Source: a virus. Taken from it: a DNA stretch of 64,000 bases. Positions 26,069-34,487 of this stretch are shown here, piece after piece (positions within the stretch are counted from its first letter, which is position 1; every line of letters starts with the position of its first letter). The stretch lies in the IMG/VR virus record IMGVR_UViG_3300043177_000122, positions 40,464-104,463 of that record; one strand, written 5' to 3'. A model generated the notes under the pieces. It ran no database searches, was not told the DNA's origin, and saw nothing but the letters and a program-made list of their open reading frames with translations. Made by a program: the position numbers and the translations under genes.

Positions 26069-28535
26069 ATTTCCGCCTAAACGTCCAGACAATTCACATA
26101 TAATTAAAGCAAGATCGAAACATGACTGGTCAGATTATCAGAAAGCAATTTTTCAAGATATTGCAAAGGGGAAAGATCACACTGTTGTAATTGCTAGGGC
26201 TGGCAGTGGGAAAACAAGCACTATTGTTGAAGGTTTTAGATATATTCCAAAAGGAACGAAAACTCTCATGGTTGCTTTTAATAAAAGTATAGCCGAGGAG
26301 TTAAAACAACGAGCCGCATCTTATATTGATGTAATGACTCTTCATTCTTTGGGATTCAGAGCTATTAAACAAAGTTTTGGAACTGATGTTATTCTAGAGA
26401 ATGACAAATGTAATATGCTTATCTCCACACTAATTGGAGATGATCGGGATATGTGGGAAGTGAATCAGAGCATTGCAAAGTGTGTTTCTCTTTGTAAGGG
26501 TTTTCTTGTAGATACTCCATCTAAAGTTGGAGATTTGATTGACAAGTTTGGAATCGAAATATTCGATTATTCTAGAGAGAAATTTACTGAATTAGTCCTC
26601 AAGACATTAGCTTTGTGCAAAGCAAAGAAAAATGTCATTGATTTTGACGATATGATTTGGTTTCCCTTCGTTTATCGTTTAAACGTAGGGAAATTCGATG
26701 TTGTTTTTGTTGACGAAGCTCAGGATCTAAATCAGGCACAAATTGCCATGGTGTTATCGGCTTGTAAAGTAGATGGTCGCATTATTGCAGTTGGAGACCC
26801 GGCGCAATGTGTTGATGAAAATACTATGGTAAATGTTGACGGAGGTTGGGCTTCCGTTAAAGATTGTAAAGTTGGACAATATATACTTTGCTATAATAAT
26901 AGCAAATTAGATAGTAAAAAAATTATCAACAAAGTAAAATCTAATTGGGAATATGGTTATGAAATAACAACGTATTCTGGTAAGAAATTATTGATGTCCC
27001 CGAACCATAAGATTTGGGCGTCTGCACCAATGCTTGACGAACAATATATTGTTTATTTGATGTATAGACCAGATTTAGGTTTTAGAGTAGGTAAAACTAA
27101 TACGTGGAAGGATACAAATTATCCATTTGGTTTAAGAGCTAATTCTGAAAATGCAACCAAACTTTGGGTTCTTGATATTGCAAACTCTAATGAAGAAGCT
27201 CTGTTATTGGAAGAGCAGTATTCTTTAAGATATAAAATTCCTACATCTGTATTTAATGGTGAACATAGAAATATCAATCAAGAAAGATTAAATACAATTT
27301 TTGCAGAGTTTGGAAAAAATGGACACTTTCTTCTTAAAGATAAAAATCTGCATTTTGCATACCCACATTGGATGGCTTCCTCTAATTCTAAAATCAATAG
27401 AAGAACTGTTAGGGTAAATGCTCATTCTAAAAAAGGAACTCAAGTAACTTTGGAGTGGAAAGACGACGCTTTAGATAAAGTGTTTATGAAACATGGGGTT
27501 ATCTTTTCTAAAGGCAAGAATTCAAGAATTAGAAAATACTTCTCTGATTATACTAGCGCCTTATCGTTTGCAGGAATGATTGCACAACTTTCTGGCGGAG
27601 AAGTTAACGAAAGATTATCGATTAATGATAATCCATATTTGATTACCGCATCAGGTCTTCATGTTGGAATGAAAGTATATTCTTTACTTAAAAATCAACT
27701 TGTTGATGATATGATTATCAGTATAGATAAAAAATCCGGCTCATTTTATGATTTGGAAGTAGAAGAATCGGCCAATTTCATTGGTAATAATATTCTGAGC
27801 CACAATTCTATTTACCAGTTCCGAGGAGCTGATAGTGAGGCTATTCCAAACTTTATTGATAAGCTTAAAGCCAAAACTTTACCATTGTCCGTTACCTACC
27901 GCTGTCCGATCAAGGTGGTAGACCTAGCGAAGGAAATTGTACCTGACATTGAGGCGGCCGAGAATGCCAAGGATGGGGTGGTAGAAGAGGTTCCAGCAGA
28001 ACAATTTCTTAAATTGGTTAGGCCGGGGGACTTTGTGCTCTCTAGGACGAACGCCCCTTTGATTAAACACTGTATGGCTTTGCTAAAAGCAGGGGTACCA
28101 GCCAATATTCAAGGAAGAGATGTTGGCGCCAATCTACAATATTTCATTAAAAAATCCAAATCAAAGACTATTGTTCAATTTACAGAATATGTAAATGCAT
28201 GGAGAGAACAAGAAGTTAAGCGACTATTGGCTGAGAAAAAAGATCCAATTGCAACTATCGATAAAGCAGAATGTTTATTGAACCTCTGTGAAGGAACCCT
28301 TACTATTAAGGACCTAAAAGAGACAATAGAAAAGCTGTTCAACGATGTTAATGATACTGCTAAAGTTATTTTTTCAACAACACATAAAGCCAAAGGTTTG
28401 GAACGCGATAGAGTCTTTGTTCTCACCAACACCTACCGAAAAGGAGCCGGAGGAGAAGAAGACAACCTCTGGTATGTCGCGGTAACTCGTAGTAAATCTG
28501 AGTTGTACCTGGTAAAGAAATACTTGAAGCAATAA
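26046..28535 (+). CDS. SF1 (UvrD/Rep-like) helicase containing an intein
   Basis: ARAGSGKT, VDEAQD, GDPAQ^SIYQFRGA, TYRCP, HKAKGLE, YVAVTRS. Confidence 0.93.
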   Translation: MANKKVSKFPPKRPDNSHIIKARSKHDWSDYQKAIFQDIAKGKDHTVVIARAGSGKTSTIVEGFRYIPKGTKTLMVAFNKSIAEELKQRAASYIDVMTLHSLGFRAIKQSFGTDVILENDKCNMLISTLIGDDRDMWEVNQSIAKCVSLCKGFLVDTPSKVGDLIDKFGIEIFDYSREKFTELVLKTLALCKAKKNVIDFDDMIWFPFVYRLNVGKFDVVFVDEAQDLNQAQIAMVLSACKVDGRIIAVGDPAQCVDENTMVNVDGGWASVKDCKVGQYILCYNNSKLDSKKIINKVKSNWEYGYEITTYSGKKLLMSPNHKIWASAPMLDEQYIVYLMYRPDLGFRVGKTNTWKDTNYPFGLRANSENATKLWVLDIANSNEEALLLEEQYSLRYKIPTSVFNGEHRNINQERLNTIFAEFGKNGHFLLKDKNLHFAYPHWMASSNSKINRRTVRVNAHSKKGTQVTLEWKDDALDKVFMKHGVIFSKGKNSRIRKYFSDYTSALSFAGMIAQLSGGEVNERLSINDNPYLITASGLHVGMKVYSLLKNQLVDDMIISIDKKSGSFYDLEVEESANFIGNNILSHNSIYQFRGADSEAIPNFIDKLKAKTLPLSVTYRCPIKVVDLAKEIVPDIEAAENAKDGVVEEVPAEQFLKLVRPGDFVLSRTNAPLIKHCMALLKAGVPANIQGRDVGANLQYFIKKSKSKTIVQFTEYVNAWREQEVKRLLAEKKDPIATIDKAECLLNLCEGTLTIKDLKETIEKLFNDVNDTAKVIFSTTHKAKGLERDRVFVLTNTYRKGAGGEEDNLWYVAVTRSKSELYLVKKYLKQ
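26808..27806 (+). mobile_element. intein (333 aa) in helicase motif III
   Basis: Starts CVDENT, block B S.NHK, block F FYDLEVE, ends SHN followed by Ser+1. Confidence 0.93.
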
Positions 28536-28552
28536 TCTCGCATCTAGCTGAG

Positions 28553-29803
28553 ATGACTCGCTATAAAATGGTTGCTAGGGATATCAATTCCAATCCCACA
28601 CAATGGAGAACTTGGGTAGTTCAGGGACAGCCTGATTTTGACGGATATTATTATACCGGTTATAAATCAGGTCCTAACGCCTTTACGGAAGTACATGCTT
28701 ATGCTATACCTGATACAGGCACTATAGCTGACTTTAATCTTCCAGACCCTACTAATTGGGTAGCTACTACGGACCGTTTAAATTGGGATTTCCCAATTCG
28801 TAAGGTTTTGCCAGCTCCATTAGAGGATTCAGCTCTAGCTGTTCTTGATGGGTACATCTATATGTTTGGCGGTAAGATTACCGACAAGATTTATCGTGCT
28901 CATGTCAATAATCCTGCTGATTGGGAAGATACAGGTGCCGTATTACCCAATCCATTGTTTGGGTCCTCTTTGGCCATTGTGGATGGATACATCTATTTAT
29001 TTGGAGGAAACAACGGAGTAGATGCTGTAAATGGCCTTGGTGCTATAGATAATATCTACTCTGCTCCGGTTAGTAATCCATTAGTTTGGACTAATCATGG
29101 CTCTTTATTACCACGTAGATTAGAATACTCTCATTTAGCAATGGATGGTTATCAACTCTATCTATTTGGTGGTAGAGAAATTAACTCAGCTACTAATCTT
29201 ATTTTTACAGCCACCACTTCTAATCCTTTATCTTGGACAATAACTGGCTCCACTTTACCATACAAAGTATATGGCGGAACTTTAGCTCAAATTAATAATA
29301 ATTGGATGATATTTGGTGGTCTTCTTACTCCTGATTCCCCTACTAACACAATAATTACAGCGTCAGTTAATACTCCGTTATCTTGGACAACTACCGGATT
29401 ACTACCATGGTCTACTGGATTCGGACAATTTGTTAATATTGGTGGTGATGGATATCTCATTGGACCAATGAATGGTGCAAATACCAATTTTACATCTATT
29501 CTGCGTTGTAATTTGAATAATCCAAATGCATGGGTTGATCTTCAAGTTGTGGTGCGCGGTGTTGTCTCTCATTCACAGATAGCAATCATTGCAGATAGAG
29601 TATGGCTTTTTGGCGGATCAGGATTAACTGCAATTTTCGCATGTAACCAGATTACTAAATACAATATATTAGCGCCCAAAGCTATCAATTATGGAACCAT
29701 TACACGTGTTACTGTGCCTAATACTGATAACATAAATAGACCATATACTGCAACTGGTATGCCGTGGTGGAAAACTGATTATCCTTTTTATAATAGACCG
29801 TAA
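28553..29803 (+). CDS. Kelch-repeat beta-propeller protein (possibly virion-associated)
   Basis: Repeated DGYIY.FGG...IY.A....P..W units. Confidence 0.85.
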   Translation: MTRYKMVARDINSNPTQWRTWVVQGQPDFDGYYYTGYKSGPNAFTEVHAYAIPDTGTIADFNLPDPTNWVATTDRLNWDFPIRKVLPAPLEDSALAVLDGYIYMFGGKITDKIYRAHVNNPADWEDTGAVLPNPLFGSSLAIVDGYIYLFGGNNGVDAVNGLGAIDNIYSAPVSNPLVWTNHGSLLPRRLEYSHLAMDGYQLYLFGGREINSATNLIFTATTSNPLSWTITGSTLPYKVYGGTLAQINNNWMIFGGLLTPDSPTNTIITASVNTPLSWTTTGLLPWSTGFGQFVNIGGDGYLIGPMNGANTNFTSILRCNLNNPNAWVDLQVVVRGVVSHSQIAIIADRVWLFGGSGLTAIFACNQITKYNILAPKAINYGTITRVTVPNTDNINRPYTATGMPWWKTDYPFYNRP

Positions 29804-29822
29804 TTTAGTAAATAAAGCAGGG

Positions 29823-29850
29823 TTGACTTCCCTCTGAAAATGATTAGAAT
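29823..29850 (+). promoter_or_regulatory. sigma70-like promoter
   Basis: TTGACT-16nt-TAGAAT. Confidence 0.6.
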
Positions 29851-29857
29851 TTGAATT

Positions 29858-30349
29858 ATGAAAGACTATGATACGCCAGAGGAGTGTGAAAAGAGAGCTT
29901 CTCAAGAAGATCCTATTGTTATGTACTTAATTGTTCATGAAACATTGAATATGAGTACAGGTAAAACAGCAGCTCAATGCGCTCATGCATCTCAGATGTT
30001 AACGCTAGAGTACTTTGAAGCTAAAGATAAATCTCGTGAATTGCAAAAACAAATTCAAAAAACTACCGATCCTGATGAGTTGCTTGTAATGAAAAGTCTG
30101 TATGCCGATTATGGTCGCAAGTTATCTATTTTTGGTGAATGGATGGAAAACTCTTTCCGTAAAGTAGTGCTTCGAGCAGATGACAAAGAATGGGCAAAAA
30201 TCAAGCAAGACTATGGCCAACATATGGTTATGGTGGTTGATGCTGGTTTGACAGAAATTCCCAGCGGCAGTGAGACGGTTATAGGTCTATGGCCTATGCG
30301 CAAAAGTCAGAGGCCAAAAACTGTTCAACACTTACAAGTCTTGAAATGA
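29858..30349 (+). CDS. peptidyl-tRNA hydrolase, Pth2 family
   Basis: L.MSTGKTAAQCAHA, KVVL, DAGLTEI..GS.TV. Confidence 0.9.
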   Translation: MKDYDTPEECEKRASQEDPIVMYLIVHETLNMSTGKTAAQCAHASQMLTLEYFEAKDKSRELQKQIQKTTDPDELLVMKSLYADYGRKLSIFGEWMENSFRKVVLRADDKEWAKIKQDYGQHMVMVVDAGLTEIPSGSETVIGLWPMRKSQRPKTVQHLQVLK

Positions 30350-30720
30350 TACATGGATTAGTGGTACAAGAGACACAAAATCGTGGCCTTGGTGTATTTG
30401 CCACAAAACCTTTTGAAAAGGGAGAACTCATTGAGTGCTGCCATGTTATTGTTGTACCACGCACAGAGATTATGATTGGCAATACCAGTTCAGTTATGAG
30501 ACATTATGTAATTGATTGGGACGGTAAACTAGCTGTACCAACTGGTTATGGTTGCTTTTATAATCATTCATATAAGCCCAATGCCATTCATTATAAGCAT
30601 ATAGATTTAAATCAAATTCATTTGCATGCTTTAAGAGATATTCTTCCATTTGAAGAGATAACGTTCAATTATGGTGGATTTCCTGACTGCAATGAAACAT
30701 TATGGTTTGAGGTTAAATGA
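30346..30720 (+). CDS. SET domain methyltransferase
   Basis: RGLGVFA, YNHSYKPN, EEITFNYG. Confidence 0.9.
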   Translation: MIHGLVVQETQNRGLGVFATKPFEKGELIECCHVIVVPRTEIMIGNTSSVMRHYVIDWDGKLAVPTGYGCFYNHSYKPNAIHYKHIDLNQIHLHALRDILPFEEITFNYGGFPDCNETLWFEVK

Positions 30721-30765
30721 AATGTACATGTCCAGGCTGGTATGGTACTAAGTATCCTTGGCCAC

Positions 30766-31326
30766 TTAGCTTATGTTCAATCTGACGAAATTTCTTTGTT
30801 AATAACAAACTATCAAACATTGGATACTCAATCTTGGTTTGATAATAATCTTCAGAAGATGATAAGTGTGGCTGCTGGCGTTGCGTCTAGTACTTTTACT
30901 ACCGAATCTTGGAGAATTTGGATGGATGAGGATACTCCAAGTTTAAAGAAAATAGTACCAGCAATTTTTGATGCTAGAGCTTTTGTCCTTCCAAAAGAAG
31001 ATGTTGTCAACTATTTCTTATGGCGTCAGCAGGATGCTACTAGAAACTCTGTGCAAATGTTAGCCCGATCTCTGTATTCGCACAAAGAGTGCACTAATAA
31101 AAATAACTCTGAATTACAAGAGTTGATTTTCCAAAAGGGAATCAACTGAAATGACTGCCCAACGTCACAAAAGCGTGGACGCTGTATTGTTAAAAAGTAT
31201 ACCAAAAAGTCTACTTTGAATCCTAAAGTTCAACAATATGAAACGGCACTTCGTAGTGAGTGGGAGGTTGATAATGAGATTCCTATCTTTTCACAAGATA
31301 GAAACTATATCAATCAATATGTCTAA
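30766..31326 (+). pseudogene. tRNA-His guanylyltransferase (Thg1-like), N-terminus missing, internal TGA
   Basis: AYVQSDEISL, FDAR, YF.WRQ.DATRN, GIN*ND.P...KRG (TGA 31147 at the conserved Trp); the N-terminal DG catalytic motif is absent. Confidence 0.88.
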
Positions 31327-31654
31327 AAGTCAAATTAGAAAAGAACGCAAACGAAAACGTTTTAAACAAAAGAAAATAAACACTAAGCTAAAGAAGAAAT
31401 TGTTTGGTCATCTGTTTATGGCGCCCTGTATTTATTGTAGGCGGGCCTTTTTATTATCTACATTAACAGTTGAACACATTACGCCATTATGCCTTGGTGG
31501 AACCAATGATCCATCTAATATTGCATTGGCATGCTTTCCTTGCAATAATGATAAGGGAAGAGAAGCTTGGTTCCAAAAACGTGAATTTAATAAGAAACAC
31601 TATGAACAATATCACTCACAGTATCGAATTGAAAATTGGGAAAGGATTATATAG
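31319..31654 (+). CDS. HNH endonuclease
   Basis: CIYC, EHITP...GG.N...N...AC..CN..KG. Confidence 0.85.
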   Translation: MSKSQIRKERKRKRFKQKKINTKLKKKLFGHLFMAPCIYCRRAFLLSTLTVEHITPLCLGGTNDPSNIALACFPCNNDKGREAWFQKREFNKKHYEQYHSQYRIENWERII

Positions 31655-32669
31655 GAACCCAGCACACCCTTTGTGTATTGTCAAAGAGATGGTTTTTGAT
31701 TATTTTGAAGATTTATCACGAATCGAAATTGATAATCCATATGTGCCTATTGAATATAATTTCGATAGACTACGTGTACCTACCGATCATCCTTCAAGAC
31801 GTCCAACTGATACCTACTACAAGGATGATAAGAACTGCCTCCGCACCCATATGACATGTTATTTATATCCATTTGGGAAATCAGATACTGGTCAAAGTAA
31901 GCTTAAGTATATTACATGTGGTGACGTCTATCGAAAAGATACTATTGATGCTACACATTATCCAGTGTTCCATCAGATGGATGCATTTTGTATGGTTCCA
32001 GATGATGTAGATGTAAGGCAAGATTTGCGCAATAGGTTGCAAGGTTTAGTAAAACATCTTTTTGGCGAAAGCACAGAATGTCAGTTCTTAGAAGATTCAG
32101 AATATGAAGAGGTTTACTTTCCTTTTACAATTGATTCTGTCGAAGTGAGTGTTTCTTTACCGGATGAGCATGGCAAAATTAAACAACTAGAAATTTTAGG
32201 AGCAGGAACTGTCCATCCCGACATTATGGCCGATCTTGGTTTGCCAGGTAAAAAAGCGTGGGCTTTTGGTTTAGGTCTAGAAAGATTAGCTATGGTTATG
32301 TTCGGCATTCCTGATATTAGATTATTTTGGAGCACAGATAAAAGATTTTTAAGTCAATTTACGCCGGGCAAGATTACCAAATTTAATCCTTACTCAAAAT
32401 ATGAGTCATGTTATAAAGACATTTCATTTTTCTTAAGTGAAAAATTTTCTTATAACGACCTCTGCTCTATCGCTAGAGATGAAGATGAGAACAACATAAT
32501 TGAATCTATTTCATTGATTGATGAGTTCCAGGTTAAAGGCCGAACTTCGCAGTGTTATAGAATTACATATCGCTCCATGGATGGTACGTTACGAAACTCT
32601 GATGTAAATACAATTCAAAAATCAATCAGAGACCGAATTATCCAAGAGCTAGGAGTAGAAGTAAGATGA
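31602..32669 (+). CDS. single-chain (mitochondrial-type) phenylalanyl-tRNA synthetase
   Basis: LRTH, GDVYRKD.ID.THYPVFHQ, YFPFT, WAFGLGLERLAM, IPDIRLFWS, plus C-terminal FDX-ACB (DISF...CYRITYRS). Confidence 0.93.
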   Translation: MNNITHSIELKIGKGLYRNPAHPLCIVKEMVFDYFEDLSRIEIDNPYVPIEYNFDRLRVPTDHPSRRPTDTYYKDDKNCLRTHMTCYLYPFGKSDTGQSKLKYITCGDVYRKDTIDATHYPVFHQMDAFCMVPDDVDVRQDLRNRLQGLVKHLFGESTECQFLEDSEYEEVYFPFTIDSVEVSVSLPDEHGKIKQLEILGAGTVHPDIMADLGLPGKKAWAFGLGLERLAMVMFGIPDIRLFWSTDKRFLSQFTPGKITKFNPYSKYESCYKDISFFLSEKFSYNDLCSIARDEDENNIIESISLIDEFQVKGRTSQCYRITYRSMDGTLRNSDVNTIQKSIRDRIIQELGVEVR

Positions 32670-33184
32670 AAACTGTCTATATCTTTTTTGGAGAAATGGG
32701 AAGTGGTAAAAGCTATTGTGGTTCCCGCTATGCAGAGAAGCATGGTTTCAAGTTTTTCGAAGGAGATAGTGTGGTCACTCCTCGTATGTTAGAGCGAGTT
32801 TCTAAGTTCAAAGCTATCAGTGAAGATATCTTAGAAGAATATATGGATGTTTTGGCTGATGCAATTGCCGATCAAATGACAGATTGTGAACATCTTGTTG
32901 TATCACAAGCTTTATACCGAGATGAAGATAGAAAATCTATGATTACTTTTCTTGAGTGCTTAGGTTATCAAGTAAGAATGTGGTGGGTCCAAGTTAAATG
33001 GAATCGTAACATTCAGAACTTGCTTACTAGACCAAACGGATGGAAATGGGTTTTGTATTGGTTAATTAATAAACCATTCTTTCAAAGGCCCACTCATGTC
33101 CATCAGTTGTTTTACAATATATATATGGGTGAGCACAATGGAGAACAAGGAAACCTTTCAAGCCAGAATTCAACCTTACTTTAG
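32666..33184 (+). CDS. P-loop kinase (gluconate-kinase-like)
   Basis: GEMGSGKS, FFEGD, SQAL...R. Confidence 0.75.
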   Translation: MKTVYIFFGEMGSGKSYCGSRYAEKHGFKFFEGDSVVTPRMLERVSKFKAISEDILEEYMDVLADAIADQMTDCEHLVVSQALYRDEDRKSMITFLECLGYQVRMWWVQVKWNRNIQNLLTRPNGWKWVLYWLINKPFFQRPTHVHQLFYNIYMGEHNGEQGNLSSQNSTLL

Positions 33185-33770
33185 TCCATCAGATCAATTG
33201 GACGTTAAACTGGCATATTGCTTAGCTAAGTTTGGTCATCGCGCCCAAACAAGAAAAGAGCTTACGGAAGGTAAACCCACTAGATATTTTGAGCATGTAC
33301 GTAGAGTAGCAATTGTTCTTATGGATGAAATGAAAATCATTGATCGTGATATGATTATTACCGCTCTACTTCATGATTCAATCGAAGATACACATGATTT
33401 AACGCCAGAACTATTAGAGCATTGCTTTGGATCTGATGTAATCACTATGATTAAGCTGCTTAGCAAAGTTCCCAAGGAAGGATACATTGAGAGATTAGGA
33501 AATTGCCATAACTGGAAAGTATTAGCAATTAAAGCTTGTGATAGATTAGATAATCTGCGATCTTTAATGATACCGGGGACCAGTTTGGAGTTTCAAAAGA
33601 AACAAATTGCAGAAACTAAAGAAAAGTATTTCCCTATATTTGACAAGCTGATTAATAATCTATGTCCTCAAGAACACGTTGAAAATGTTTCGAAGGTCCG
33701 AGATGAAATTAGAAGATTAATTGAGCGATATAATACCATTATTGAATTTCAGGAAGGAAAAACTGCATGA
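33138..33770 (+). CDS. HD-domain (p)ppGpp hydrolase-like protein (SAH/Mesh1-type)
   Basis: H..QTRK...Y.EH...VA, ALLHD.IEDT, IK.CDRLDN; no synthetase domain. Confidence 0.85.
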   Translation: MENKETFQARIQPYFSPSDQLDVKLAYCLAKFGHRAQTRKELTEGKPTRYFEHVRRVAIVLMDEMKIIDRDMIITALLHDSIEDTHDLTPELLEHCFGSDVITMIKLLSKVPKEGYIERLGNCHNWKVLAIKACDRLDNLRSLMIPGTSLEFQKKQIAETKEKYFPIFDKLINNLCPQEHVENVSKVRDEIRRLIERYNTIIEFQEGKTA

Positions 33771-34360
33771 CTTGTATTGTAGGATTAGTACACGATGGTG
33801 ATGTATACATTGGCGGAGATAGTGCCGGTGTAGCTGGATTATCTATTTCCATCAGGGCTGACGAGAAGGTATTTGGTAATGGGCCATTCATTATGGGTTT
33901 TACTACCTCATTTCGTATGGGTCAGTTACTAAGGTATAAGTTATCACCCCCTGCACAGACTGTACATCAATCTGATATGGAATATATGGTAACCAGTTTT
34001 ATTGATTCATGTCGTCAATGTTTTGCTGGCAATGGTTTCGGCGATAAAGACGCCACTATGGGTGGTAACTTTTTAGTAGGATACAAAGGAAAGCTTTACA
34101 ACATTGAAGGTGATTATCAAGTAGGTGTTCCTAAGTCCCCATTTGATGCAGTTGGTTGTGGTTCTGATTTAGCCCTTGGCGCCATGTATGCTACCGAAGG
34201 TTTAAAGCCAGAAGAAAGAATCAATGCTGCCTTAGCAGCCGCCAGTACTTTTAGTGCCGGTGTTGCTCCCCCTTTCATTATTTTGAAGCTAGAGGGCGAG
34301 AATAAGACCAAAGCCAAGTCCAAACCAAGGAAGAAGTCGGCCAAGAGATCGGTAAAGTAA
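33767..34360 (+). CDS. Ntn-hydrolase, HslV/proteasome-beta-like peptidase
   Basis: N-terminal MTCIVG, GGDS, KVF, AVGCGS..ALGA. Confidence 0.8.
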   Translation: MTCIVGLVHDGDVYIGGDSAGVAGLSISIRADEKVFGNGPFIMGFTTSFRMGQLLRYKLSPPAQTVHQSDMEYMVTSFIDSCRQCFAGNGFGDKDATMGGNFLVGYKGKLYNIEGDYQVGVPKSPFDAVGCGSDLALGAMYATEGLKPEERINAALAAASTFSAGVAPPFIILKLEGENKTKAKSKPRKKSAKRSVK

Positions 34361-34375
34361 TAAATTGTCGTGCCC

Positions 34376-34403
34376 TTGACTTGCCACACGACAGCCTTAT
34401 GTT
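34376..34403 (+). promoter_or_regulatory. sigma70-like promoter
   Basis: TTGACT-16nt-TATGTT upstream of ligA. Confidence 0.5.
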
Positions 34404-34487
34404 ATAGCTAGGCTGATGGGAGAGGTGTGTCTTAGGCACGCCCTTTTAACTGGACCGCACTTACCCAATCGTAATAAGGTGAAAAAA

